A stretch of DNA of 64,000 nt, taken from Bacillota bacterium. Lineage in GTDB: Bacteria; Bacillota; UBA994. Below the pieces are notes generated by a model. It was given only the letters and a program-made list of their open reading frames with translations. It was not told the DNA's origin and searched no databases. This document shows positions 1 to 9,284 of this stretch, in pieces. The stretch spans positions 103,659-167,658 of the forward strand of contig JAGXTJ010000055.1 in assembly GCA_018333655.1 (NCBI GenBank), in the 5' to 3' direction. A program made the translations under genes and the position numbers. Position 1 is the stretch's first letter; each line of letters begins with the position of its first letter.

Positions 1-83
1 TACCCCTTAGTACCAAACAACTCCATGGCCGCCTCAAGCAATTTTTGGCGGGTTAAATCTCCCTTGGTGAGCGTTTGTGACAC
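1..83 (-). CDS. TetR/AcrR family transcriptional regulator, N-terminal part (runs off the window's left edge)
   Basis: Manual translation of the minus strand from GTG at 83, after an SD (GAGGTG), gives MSQTLTKGDLTRQKLLEAAMELFGTKG.., a typical TetR helix 1. Not in the ORF track. Confidence 0.8.
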   Translation of the reverse strand, partial: MSQTLTKGDLTRQKLLEAAMELFGTKG

Positions 84-155
84 ATGACTCACCTCTCATA
101 TTTGATAATATTATTCTATTACTAATTGCGCGAAAAGTCAACTAGAGAGTCTATT

Positions 156-184
156 AAAAAAGCCCCCCTACAAGGGGAGCTTTT
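156..184. terminator. Rho-independent terminator after etfA, probably bidirectional
   Basis: AAAAAAGCCCCCC-TACAA-GGGGAGCTTTT hairpin with A/T tracts on both sides, just downstream of the etfA stop. Confidence 0.7.
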
Positions 185-199
185 GTGAATTAACGCTGA

Positions 200-1405
200 C
201 TATGGCTGTTTTTTGGCATTTTGCTCGTCTATGGCGGCGATAAGTAGCGGCACCACCTGATGCACGTCCCCCACTATGCCATAGTCGGCAACTTTGAAGA
301 TGGGCGCGGCTGGGTTCTTGTTGATGGCCACGATCACCTGGGAGCCTTGCATACCCGCAACATGCTGGATAGCACCCGAAATGCCGCAGGCAATGTAGAG
401 CTTGGGGTGGACAGTTTTTCCGGTTTGGCCAACTTGATGCGCTGACGGGAGCAACCCGGCATCGACTGCCCCACGCGAGGCACCAACCACGCCGCCGAGT
501 TTGGCCGCGAGCTTTTCGAGCAGAGCACGACCTTCCGCGCTCCCCATGCCGCGTCCACCAGAGACGACTATTTTGGCATCCTCGAGATTGACCACTTTGC
601 CCGCTTCTTTGACAATCTCCCTGACGATGGTACGCACGGTGACTTCCTGGCTGTGGTAGCTCTCGCGCACTAACTGACCGCTCTTTTGGTAGTCAGGCGT
701 GATCTTCTTCATGACGCCAGGGCGCACGGTTGCCATTTGTGGGCGGTGGGCTGGGCAAAGAATGGTAGCCATCAAATTTCCGCCAAAGGCAGGGCGCGTC
801 TGTAGTAAAATGCGCTCTTCTAAGTCAACACTTAGCTCTGTGCAATCCGCGGTAAGCCCGGTAACAAGGCGTCCGGCCACACGCGGGGCGAGGTCGCGAC
901 CAATATTGGTGGCACCCATGAGAATAATCTCTGGCAGATGCTTCTTCACCAAGCTGACGAAGGCGGCTGTGTAAGTCTCGGTGCGATAAAGCTCAAGCTC
1001 TTTATCTTCTACGAGGTAGACTTTGTCCGCGCCATAAGCGAAAAGGTCTGGCGCCAAGTTAGAAACGTCGGCCCCAATGAGTACTGCTGAAAGTTCTACA
1101 CCGAGAGCGCCGGCCAGTTTTTTGCCTTCGCCGAGCAATTCGTAGGCGATGTTTAGCATTTGTCCTTGGCGTTGCTCGGCAAAAACCCACACTCCCTGGT
1201 AGGACTGGGGAGTGCATTCCTCACAAGCCTGCTCTTCCTCGCGATAGATGGCCGTGACGGGGCAAATCTCTAGACATGCTCCACAGAGAGTGCACTGATC
1301 GTTAATGACCGCAATCCCCTTGACCATGTCAATGGCAGCAAAGGGACAGGCAGGCACACATAGGGTACACCCGACGCATTTATTCTTGTCAATAATAACA
1401 GCCAT
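200..1405 (-). CDS. etfA: Electron transfer flavoprotein alpha subunit with N-terminal 2x[4Fe-4S] ferredoxin domain
   Basis: N-terminal CxxCxxCxxxCP twice; EtfA motifs [29 protein letters not shown]. Start moved to ATG 1405 after AGGAGG. Confidence 0.95.
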   Translation of the reverse strand: MAVIIDKNKCVGCTLCVPACPFAAIDMVKGIAVINDQCTLCGACLEICPVTAIYREEEQACEECTPQSYQGVWVFAEQRQGQMLNIAYELLGEGKKLAGALGVELSAVLIGADVSNLAPDLFAYGADKVYLVEDKELELYRTETYTAAFVSLVKKHLPEIILMGATNIGRDLAPRVAGRLVTGLTADCTELSVDLEERILLQTRPAFGGNLMATILCPAHRPQMATVRPGVMKKITPDYQKSGQLVRESYHSQEVTVRTIVREIVKEAGKVVNLEDAKIVVSGGRGMGSAEGRALLEKLAAKLGGVVGASRGAVDAGLLPSAHQVGQTGKTVHPKLYIACGISGAIQHVAGMQGSQVIVAINKNPAAPIFKVADYGIVGDVHQVVPLLIAAIDEQNAKKQP

Positions 1406-1415
1406 TGTCTTCCTC

Positions 1416-2204
1416 CTACAGCAACTGCTTGGCAGCAAGTTCTTGCACGAGCTGCTGCACAGCATCTTTGTGAGTACCAGTTAGAATTTTGCCGGTCCCT
1501 TTCACAGGAGGGGTGAAGGTGCGTTTGACTTGCGTAGGTGAGCCTTTTAGACCTATTTTGGCGGGGTCAGCACCTACGGCTTCTGCCGTCCACACCTGTA
1601 CCTTCTTCTCGTCAAAGGCAGTGACGATACCAGAGGCTGAAGGAAAACGTGGCACATTGAGCTCCTTAAGGGTGGTTAGGAGTGCGGGCAGCTGGCATTC
1701 GACAACTTCATACCCATCTTCTAGCGCTCGCTCAACCACCACACACTTGTCGTCAAGCGATACTATGCGCCGCACATAGGTGACATGGGGAATATCAAGA
1801 TGCTCGGCGAGCTCTGGTCCCACTTGCGCCGTATCACCATCGATAGCTTGACGCCCGCAAAAAATGAGAGAATACTCCCCTATCTTTTCTACGGCTTTGG
1901 CCAAGGCATAAGAAGTAGCCCAGGTGTCGGCGCCCGCAAAGGCGCGGTCACTAAGGAGGATGGCCTCTGTTGCCCCCATGGCCAAGGTTTCACGCAGGGC
2001 GTAATCGGCTTGTGCCGGCCCCATCGAAAGAGCCGTGACCTGACCGCCAACCCTAGAGGCAATGGATACTGCCTCTTCTAATGCATTCTTGTCTTCGGGG
2101 TTAATGATGGTCGGCAGCCCCTCACGAATGAGTGTGCCGGTTTTTGGGTCGAATTTTACCTCGGTAGTGTTTGGCACTTGCTTAATGCAGACAACAATTT
2201 TCAT
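1416..2204 (-). CDS. etfB: Electron transfer flavoprotein beta subunit
   Basis: MKIVVCIKQVP, DRAFAGADT, GRQAIDGDTAQVGP, GLKGSPT motifs. Confidence 0.95.
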   Translation of the reverse strand: MKIVVCIKQVPNTTEVKFDPKTGTLIREGLPTIINPEDKNALEEAVSIASRVGGQVTALSMGPAQADYALRETLAMGATEAILLSDRAFAGADTWATSYALAKAVEKIGEYSLIFCGRQAIDGDTAQVGPELAEHLDIPHVTYVRRIVSLDDKCVVVERALEDGYEVVECQLPALLTTLKELNVPRFPSASGIVTAFDEKKVQVWTAEAVGADPAKIGLKGSPTQVKRTFTPPVKGTGKILTGTHKDAVQQLVQELAAKQLL

Positions 2205-2218
2205 ACCTTGTCCTCCGC

Positions 2219-3358
2219 CTACTTCAGGAGACTTGCTGAAATAACCATGCGTTGCACTTCAGAAGTCCCTTCGTATATTTCAGTGATTTTGGCATCGCGC
2301 ATTAAGCGCTCCACTTTGTAATCCTTCATGTAGCCATAGCCACCATGTATTTGGATGGCCTTGACTGTATGCTTCATAGCAGTCTCGGAGGCGTATAGTT
2401 TGGCCATCGCCGCTTCCTTGCTAAAGGGCTTGCGCATATCCTTCAGCCAGGCTGCGCGGTAAACCAGCAGGCGCGCTGCTTCTATCTCTGTTCCCATATC
2501 GGCAATCATCCACTGTATCGCCTGGAAAGTGCCAATGGGTTTAGCGAACTGCTGACGCTCCTTAGCATAGCGCAGACTCTCATCTAGGGCAGCCTGAGCT
2601 ATACCTAAGGCCTGTGCCGCGATGCCAATTCTTCCGCCATCTAGGGTCTGCATAGCTATCTTGAAACCATCGCCCTCCTTGCCGAGCAAGTTGGTAGCGG
2701 GGATGCGACAATCCTCAAAGATGAGCTCGGTCGTGCTAGAAGCGCGAATACCGAGCTTGTTCTCCTGCGGGCCAAAGGTAAATCCGGGGGTGCCCTTTTC
2801 CACCACGAAGGCACTAATGCCCTTCAGGCCCTTGCTCCTGTCGGTCATGGCGAATACGATGTAGATGTCGGCTACTTCGCCATTGGTAATAAAGATTTTT
2901 GAACCATTTAAGATGTACTCCCCACCATCCAAAAGGGCAGTGGTCTGTTGCCCGGCCGCATCTGTGCCGGCATTCGGTTCTGTCAGAGCAAAGGCGCCTA
3001 ACTTCTCGCCCTTAGCTTGCGGCACGAGAAAGCGCGTCTTTTGCTCGGGCGTGCCGAATTGGTAGATAGGGTGCGCACCAAGCGAAACGTGGGCCGACAG
3101 TATCACTCCCGTTGCGGCACAAGCCCGCGAAACCTCTTCCACGGCCATCGTGTAGGCCAAGTTGTCTGCGCCAGCACCACCGACTTCACGCGGGAAAGGG
3201 AGCCCCAAGAAACCAAGGGCAGCCATTTTCTTTACCGTTAGCCAGGGAAACTCGCCGCTCTCATCTATTTCTGCAGCAAGTGGGGCCACTTCTTGCATGG
3301 CAAAATCCTGAAAGAGCGTCCTGAACATTTCATGCTTCTTGCTTAGGGCAAAATCCAT
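2219..3358 (-). CDS. bcd: Acyl-CoA dehydrogenase (butyryl-CoA dehydrogenase-like)
   Basis: [39 protein letters not shown]; adjacent to etfBA. Start MDFALS at 3358. Confidence 0.88.
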   Translation of the reverse strand: MDFALSKKHEMFRTLFQDFAMQEVAPLAAEIDESGEFPWLTVKKMAALGFLGLPFPREVGGAGADNLAYTMAVEEVSRACAATGVILSAHVSLGAHPIYQFGTPEQKTRFLVPQAKGEKLGAFALTEPNAGTDAAGQQTTALLDGGEYILNGSKIFITNGEVADIYIVFAMTDRSKGLKGISAFVVEKGTPGFTFGPQENKLGIRASSTTELIFEDCRIPATNLLGKEGDGFKIAMQTLDGGRIGIAAQALGIAQAALDESLRYAKERQQFAKPIGTFQAIQWMIADMGTEIEAARLLVYRAAWLKDMRKPFSKEAAMAKLYASETAMKHTVKAIQIHGGYGYMKDYKVERLMRDAKITEIYEGTSEVQRMVISASLLK

Positions 3359-3393
3359 GTCTTCATCACTCCATGTAGCTATTCTCGCAGTAT

Positions 3394-3432
3394 TTGTGCG
3401 ACATTTCACTTACGATGTTAATATTTTCACTA
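3394..3432. promoter_or_regulatory. Two tandem Rex-like operator boxes upstream of bcd-etfBA
   Basis: TTGTGCGACATTTCACTT (3394-3411) and ATGTTAATATTTTCACTA (3415-3432) resemble the Rex consensus TTGTGAANNNNTTCACAA; starts are 21 bp apart. Confidence 0.55.
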
Positions 3433-3455
3433 TTGTTTCTGAAAAAAGGAATGTA

Positions 3456-3863
3456 CTAGCCGCGCTTAGGATACATCACGAGGGCCTCGCCCTCAACCAC
3501 CATTCCAGCTTGCTCAGTGCGTCCGGTTGTCTTTAAGCGAGCGCGACGCTTCTCTGTATCTATTTCTAGTACTTCCACTTCGACTACTACGGTCTCGCCA
3601 ATACGAACGGGCGCTAAGAATTTGAGCGACTGACTGAGGTAGATTGTCCCTTCCCCTGGGAGTTGTGTTCCTAGTACGGCGGATATAAAGCCAGCAGTCA
3701 TCATGCCATGCGCAATTCGCCCCTTAAAACGAGTGTTCTTGGCATATTCTTCGTCCATATGAATGGGACTAAAGTCACCACTGAGCTCTGCAAAGAACGC
3801 GATATCTTGCTCTGTGATGAGCCTCTCCTTACGTGCGACTGAACCGACCGAAAACTCTACCAC
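3456..3863 (-). CDS. MaoC/PhaJ-family (R)-specific enoyl-CoA hydratase/dehydratase
   Basis: Hydratase-2 motif FAELSGDFSPIH..YAK.TRF.GRIAHG, plus LPGEGTIYLSQSLKFLAPV. Confidence 0.9.
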   Translation of the reverse strand: MVEFSVGSVARKERLITEQDIAFFAELSGDFSPIHMDEEYAKNTRFKGRIAHGMMTAGFISAVLGTQLPGEGTIYLSQSLKFLAPVRIGETVVVEVEVLEIDTEKRRARLKTTGRTEQAGMVVEGEALVMYPKRG

Positions 3864-4277
3864 TGCAAACCCTCCCCCATGTTTCTTGTGACGCCTGCTA
3901 ACACAGCCCTAGTATACCACACTGCCTTGACTACCTGCCCCTCCTTCCGAAATGCCTACTAAAAAGTCTACACTCTAAATCTAGAGGTTAGTGCAAAAAA
4001 TAACAAGCAGGAATTTCTCCTCTAGCATTGCACCTGCCCCATGAACCAATTGTCAGACTGTCCGCATCGGCAAACAAAGCTGTCACTAGACGGCCTGTTG
4101 CTGTAGGTCAAGACAGACAAGTAGCCGTGCGGAACGCGCTATTGTGTCTATTTTCACAAGTCGCCTCTAGGCTTGTTACTGTTTTCGCATCATTCACCCA
4201 ATTCTAAAACGGCTTGGTGCGCTTAACAGTATGCTACAATATTGTAGCTATCGTGGCAAGGACGGAGTTGACATACA

Positions 4278-5192
4278 TTGCCCACATCAGAGAAATCTAC
4301 CGCCACTCCACGCTCCCAAGCACTGTTGCTGCTGGCTGTTACGGCTGTCATGTGGAGCCTCGGGGGACTACTCATCAAGTCCATTGACCTTAATCCTCTC
4401 GCTGTCACCGGTGTGCGTAGCGCTATTGCCGCCCTGGTGATCCTGGCCTTCGTGCCCAGACCCAAGTTCACATGGTCTAAGAGGCAGGTAGGCGCGGCAG
4501 TTGCCTACGCAGCCACGGCCATATTCTTTGTCGCAGCTAATCGCTTTACTACTGCTACTAATGCCATTATGTTGATGTTTACCGCGCCTATATATGTCGC
4601 CTTGCTCTCGCAACGTTTTCTAAAAGAGAAAACTACCTCCACCGACTTGGTGGTGATTTGCACCACGCTCGGCGGCATGACCTTGTTCTTTCTTGACTAC
4701 CTCGGGCCCTCTGGCGTTTTCGGCAATGTACTGGCCATGCTCGGTGGCATCGCTTTCGCCGGCTTTACCATCCTCATGCGCTTACAGAAAGATGGCTCCC
4801 CTCTCGAGTCCGTACTGCTGGGTAATGTCATCACGGCACTTATTGGCATTCCTTTCCTCGTGGGTAGGATGCCTAGCGCACCAGACTGGCCTCCCCTCTT
4901 GCTTCTCGGGGTAGTGCAGCTTGGTCTGCCCTATGTTCTCTACTCGCGCGCCATCAAGCATGTCAGCGCCCTAGACGCCATACTGGTTCCCGTACTGGAG
5001 CCTCTGCTGAGCCCAATGTGGGTATTCTTAATGCTAGGGGAAACGCCTGGCAGCTGGGCTGCCGTAGGTGCCATGGTTATCCTCGTTTCCGCAACTTTCC
5101 GCTACCTAGGACCCCTTCTTAAAGGGCGCACAATTTTTGAGCGCACCTCCTCCCCTCTAAGCAGTGTGAGTAGCGCCAAACTGCGACGCTAA
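4278..5192 (+). CDS. DMT/EamA family transporter (paralog 1)
   Basis: About 10 hydrophobic segments; WSLGGLLIK, ANRFTTATNAIML, LEPLLSPMWVFL.LGETP. Confidence 0.9.
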   Translation: MPTSEKSTATPRSQALLLLAVTAVMWSLGGLLIKSIDLNPLAVTGVRSAIAALVILAFVPRPKFTWSKRQVGAAVAYAATAIFFVAANRFTTATNAIMLMFTAPIYVALLSQRFLKEKTTSTDLVVICTTLGGMTLFFLDYLGPSGVFGNVLAMLGGIAFAGFTILMRLQKDGSPLESVLLGNVITALIGIPFLVGRMPSAPDWPPLLLLGVVQLGLPYVLYSRAIKHVSALDAILVPVLEPLLSPMWVFLMLGETPGSWAAVGAMVILVSATFRYLGPLLKGRTIFERTSSPLSSVSSAKLRR

Positions 5193-5292
5193 AGAGACAC
5201 AAGCTTAGGCTGCGCCGCGAGCTTACAATTCAGCTTTCCTGACTGAGCGCATGTTACAATGTGGTATTAGACGCAGGGGAGATGGTATCCTA

Positions 5293-6144
5293 GTGAAAAC
5301 AGTAGTAAGTAGACCCCGTGAAAAACGCACCCTCGCTCTCATCATGTTAGCCGCTACGGCTATTATGTGGAGCCTGGGTGGTTTGCTTATTAAATCGGTC
5401 GATATGCACCCCCTTGCGATTTCCGGCACGAGGAGTGCCATCGCCGCAGTAGTGATATGGCTGTATTTACGAAGACCCAAGTTCACATGGTCTAAAACTC
5501 AACTGGCTACAGCCCTAGCCTATGCCGCGACAGTCATGCTCTTTGTCGCCGCGAACCGCCTAACTACAGCTACTAATGCCATCATGCTGCAATTTACCGC
5601 GCCTATTTATGTAGCCTTCCTCGCGCATCACTTTCTCAAGGAAAGAACGACGTGCTTTGACTGGCTAGTTATTCTCGCGACCTTAGGTGGCATGGCTCTG
5701 TTCTTTCTTGAGTATCTCGGTCCCTCCGGCTTGCTCGGCAATGTGTTCGCGGTGCAGAGCGGCATCAGCTTTGCCGTCTTTACCGTACTCATGCGCCTGC
5801 AAAAGGACGGCTCACCCTTAGAGTCCGTGCTACTAGGCAATATACTCAGCGCGCTGATCGGCCTGCCGTTCCTTGTGGGCGCGCCACCCATTGCCGCCGA
5901 CTACCTTCCCCTAATCATTCTAGGTGTGGTGCAACTCGGCATTCCCTACATCCTCTATTCACACGCCATTAAACATGTCGGCGCCCTTGACGCCATCTTG
6001 GTTCCCGTGCTTGAGCCGCTCCTTAATCCCCTCTGGGTCTTTCTCATGCTTGGCGAAACCCCGGGAACCTGGTCGCTCCTAGGCGCGCTAGTAGTGATTA
6101 CTTCGGTAACTATGCGCTACTTGGTCAGCCATATCAAACGCTAG
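5293..6144 (+). CDS. DMT/EamA family transporter (paralog 2)
   Basis: Colinear close paralog of the preceding gene; GTG start at 5293 inferred. Confidence 0.88.
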   Translation: MKTVVSRPREKRTLALIMLAATAIMWSLGGLLIKSVDMHPLAISGTRSAIAAVVIWLYLRRPKFTWSKTQLATALAYAATVMLFVAANRLTTATNAIMLQFTAPIYVAFLAHHFLKERTTCFDWLVILATLGGMALFFLEYLGPSGLLGNVFAVQSGISFAVFTVLMRLQKDGSPLESVLLGNILSALIGLPFLVGAPPIAADYLPLIILGVVQLGIPYILYSHAIKHVGALDAILVPVLEPLLNPLWVFLMLGETPGTWSLLGALVVITSVTMRYLVSHIKR

Positions 6145-6187
6145 CCTTTCCCACCGGAACTATGCTTTGGCGGAAGCGGCCGCCGCA

Positions 6188-6214
6188 GCAGGTTTAACGC
6201 GAAAGATGTCGAAT
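6188..6214 (+). promoter_or_regulatory. SigH-like promoter upstream of ftsE
   Basis: GCAGGTTT...TCGAAT with the AGGA-to-GAAT spacing of the B. subtilis SigH consensus; one mismatch in the -35 element. Confidence 0.4.
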
Positions 6215-6248
6215 ATGCTTGTTATCAGCAACTAGGGAGGACAGATTC

Positions 6249-6938
6249 TTGATAGAATTTAGAGACGTCACTAAAATTTATAGCAGCAGCAAGACGCCAG
6301 CACTACAAAATGTTTCGTTCCAGATAGAGCGCGGCGAATTTGTTTTTTTGGTGGGGCCAAGCGGCGCGGGCAAGAGCACCATGCTGCGTCTCCTCTTCCG
6401 CGAATATGCTCCTACCTCGGGACAGGTAGGTTTTCTCGGCCGCGATACCGCCAAGTTCACGCCTAGGGAGCTGCTCCGCTATCGTCGCCGCATCGGCATG
6501 GTTTTTCAAGACTTCCGCCTGCTAAAACAGAAGACGGTGTATGAGAATGTGGCTTTCGCCTTGGAGGTAGTCGGACGCGGAGCCCAAGAGATTCGCCAAG
6601 CGGTGCCCGCGGCGCTAGCTGAGGTCGGTTTAGCCGACAAGGGCGGCAAGTTCCCCGGCGAGCTTTCCGGCGGGGAGCAGCAGCGCGTAGGCATTGCCCG
6701 CGCCCTGGTAAGAAAGCCGACACTTATTATCGCTGATGAACCGACCGGCAATGTCGACCCCGATAATGCCTGGCAGCTCATGGAGCTATTTTCGCAAATC
6801 AGCCGTACCGGCACCACGGTGCTGATTGCTACGCATGCCTCAGAGATTGTCGACCGCATGCGCAAGCGAGTTATCGCCCTCGAAAATGGGTGCTTGGTGA
6901 GGGACGCGAAGCGGGGGGCATACACCTATGAATCTTAA
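6249..6938 (+). CDS. ftsE: Cell division ATP-binding protein FtsE
   Basis: GPSGAGKST, RRRIGMVFQDFRLL, LSGGEQQRV, ADEPTGNVDP; TTG start after GGGAGG. Confidence 0.95.
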   Translation: MIEFRDVTKIYSSSKTPALQNVSFQIERGEFVFLVGPSGAGKSTMLRLLFREYAPTSGQVGFLGRDTAKFTPRELLRYRRRIGMVFQDFRLLKQKTVYENVAFALEVVGRGAQEIRQAVPAALAEVGLADKGGKFPGELSGGEQQRVGIARALVRKPTLIIADEPTGNVDPDNAWQLMELFSQISRTGTTVLIATHASEIVDRMRKRVIALENGCLVRDAKRGAYTYES

Positions 6939-7812
6939 TGCTTTAACCTACTGCCTGCGCCAGGGCCTTGTTTCTCTGCGCCGCAACATCTGGCTCGCCC
7001 TGGTTACGTCAAGCATGATTGCCGTTTCTTTAGCCATACTAGGCGGCTTTCTCTTGCTCTCGCTCAATGTGGGACAAATCATGCGCAATGTCGACGCCAA
7101 TGTGGAGATCGCTGTTTTCTTAACGGATAAGGCCGACCGGGCCAAAGTAGAGTCTGCACTGACAAATCTAGAGGGCGTAAAGAGCCTCTCCTTTGTCTCG
7201 CGGGAGCAAGGCCTCGCGGAATTTGGCCAATCCTTTGGGGACCAAGGTCTTTTTGCTGTGCTTGAGGGCGAGCACAATCCATTACCGAATATGTTTCGCG
7301 TAAGGGCAGAGCAGGCCGTCTTAGTACCTAACCTGGCTGCCTCCATGCAGGGAATCCCGGGGGTAGATGTAGTCGACTACGGCGAAGACATGGTGGCCCA
7401 ACTGCTCAGCGTCACTAGTTGGCTGAACTCAATGTTCTTGGTCGTTAGCTTGTTCTTAGGGCTAGGGGCAGTTCTCCTCATCGTGACTATCATCAAACTA
7501 TCGGTCATGGCGCGCCAAGAAGAAATAGGCGTCATGAAGTTTCTCGGTGCGAGCGATAGCTTTATCCGCCTACCTTTTATTCTCGAAGGGGCGTCTATGG
7601 GTGCGGTAGGCGCGCTCACGGCTACCTTAGGCCTTGCCTTCGCCTACAATCGCTTAGCCGCCAGTCTGCAAAATGGCGCACTGACTTTTCTCCTGCAGCC
7701 CATAACGGCGCGCGAGGAACTGTGGCCCATCTTCTTTGCTCTGCTCGTTATCGGTTTTTTAATTGGTGGAGTGGGGAGTATATTGTCTGTGCGTAAGTTC
7801 TTGCGGGCATGA
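6928..7812 (+). CDS. ftsX: Cell division permease FtsX
   Basis: Overlaps ftsE; NPLP motif, EEIGVMKFLGASDSFIRLPFILEG. Confidence 0.95.
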   Translation: MNLNALTYCLRQGLVSLRRNIWLALVTSSMIAVSLAILGGFLLLSLNVGQIMRNVDANVEIAVFLTDKADRAKVESALTNLEGVKSLSFVSREQGLAEFGQSFGDQGLFAVLEGEHNPLPNMFRVRAEQAVLVPNLAASMQGIPGVDVVDYGEDMVAQLLSVTSWLNSMFLVVSLFLGLGAVLLIVTIIKLSVMARQEEIGVMKFLGASDSFIRLPFILEGASMGAVGALTATLGLAFAYNRLAASLQNGALTFLLQPITAREELWPIFFALLVIGFLIGGVGSILSVRKFLRA

Positions 7813-7830
7813 CAGGGAGAGTGAATTAGC

Positions 7831-9261
7831 ATGCGACGATTGCTTACGGCTTTGACCCTAGTAGCGCTTGTCTTTCTAACTCTGACCGCAGAATACGCCC
7901 CTCGCGCCTTGGGAAGCCCCAGCTCTCCGCGCCAGAGAGTAGAACAGACGGAAAAAGAAGTTCGCGAGCTCGAAAAGGTTCTTAAGGCACTTGAGACTTC
8001 TATCAACGCGCGCACGGAGCGTATGACCGCTATCGAAAAAGACTTGAAAGAAACAGAAGCACGGTTAAGAGATGTGACCCGCACCCTAGCAGTCTCGCAA
8101 AGGCGTATGCAGACTATTACGCAGTCTTTCGCTCTGCGGGTGCGTAGCGCCTACATGACCGGGGGTGCGTCCTACCTCGAAGCCTTACTTAATGCCGACA
8201 GTTTTGGCGACCTCATTGTGCGCCTTGCCTACCTGCGCCGCATACTGACTCGTGACACTGAGCTTATTCGCTCGGTGCAAGAAGAGCAGCGGCAAGTTCG
8301 CGCCATGGCGGAAACGCTTAGTGCGGAGCAAAGTCGCTTGCGCGGGCTCATCGACCAGCGCGATGCCGAGTACCGCAACTTGCTTGACCAGCGCCGCGAA
8401 CAGACGCGGGTGCTTGCGGCGGCCAGAACACGTCTCGCCGCAGATCTGGCACTTATTACGCCTCGTGCAGAACGCCGCCCCGTGTATGCGGTTGTCATTG
8501 ATAACATCGCGCAAGCAAGACCACAGCACGGCTTGGCCCAAGCAACTACTATTTACGAGTACGAAGTCGAGGGGAGAATAACCCGCTACTTGGCTCTCTT
8601 CGCCACTTTTCCCACACGCGTGGGCCCTATTCGCAGCGCACGGTCTCATAGTGCCATGCTCGCCCTAGAAAATGGTGCGCATTTCATCTACTCTAGTGGC
8701 GGTGTCGATGTACTAGACTTGCTACGCGGCTTAAATGTACGCGGTACAGACGCTTTACGCACTAACAACCCCGCCTTTTCTCGCGATAATACACGCCGCG
8801 CTCCACACAACTTATTTGTTAACCTAGCGACGCTAGGGCTTGTCGAACAGTCTAGCGAGGTAAGTATAAGGCCAGCCTATCTCTCCGCGCAGGGCACGGC
8901 TACTACCGAAGTGACTATTGAATACACCCCCACCCATCGCATAACGTATGTGTACGTGCCTGCCTCAGGCGCCTTTCGGCGATATATCAATGGTGCAGTT
9001 CATCGCGACGCCGCTGGCACTGTAATTATGGCGCGAAACATTATCGTCCAGCGTGTTCCGCATAGCACCGATCTCCTGGGCAGACCCACCCCCAACCTAG
9101 TAGGCGAGGGCACCATGGACTTTTACGCCCTGGGGCAGCATTTTACAGGCACCTGGAAAAAAGAAAACGCCGCTTCCCCAACCCGCTTCTACTTCGCAGA
9201 CGGTCGAGAAATCGAGCGTATTTATGGCCAGACTTGGGTGCAAATTGTGCGCACGAGGTAG
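7831..9261 (+). CDS. Secreted protein: signal peptide + PcsB/CwlO-like coiled coil + DUF3048 (YerB-like) domain
   Basis: Hydrophobic N-terminus; coiled coil containing SYLEALLNADSFGDLIVRL; DUF3048 motifs VVIDN..ARPQHGL, EVEGRITRYLALF, GPIRSAR, RRAPHNLF, GQTWVQIV. Confidence 0.8.
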   Translation: MRRLLTALTLVALVFLTLTAEYAPRALGSPSSPRQRVEQTEKEVRELEKVLKALETSINARTERMTAIEKDLKETEARLRDVTRTLAVSQRRMQTITQSFALRVRSAYMTGGASYLEALLNADSFGDLIVRLAYLRRILTRDTELIRSVQEEQRQVRAMAETLSAEQSRLRGLIDQRDAEYRNLLDQRREQTRVLAAARTRLAADLALITPRAERRPVYAVVIDNIAQARPQHGLAQATTIYEYEVEGRITRYLALFATFPTRVGPIRSARSHSAMLALENGAHFIYSSGGVDVLDLLRGLNVRGTDALRTNNPAFSRDNTRRAPHNLFVNLATLGLVEQSSEVSIRPAYLSAQGTATTEVTIEYTPTHRITYVYVPASGAFRRYINGAVHRDAAGTVIMARNIIVQRVPHSTDLLGRPTPNLVGEGTMDFYALGQHFTGTWKKENAASPTRFYFADGREIERIYGQTWVQIVRTR

Positions 9262-9284
9262 CTTTGTTTAGAGCCTGGTGCAAG

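Noticed and set aside
4068..4130. c-di-GMP-I riboswitch (GGCAAAC...AAAGC)
   Set aside because: Lacks the GNRA-capped P2 stem and GACGCAAA junction.
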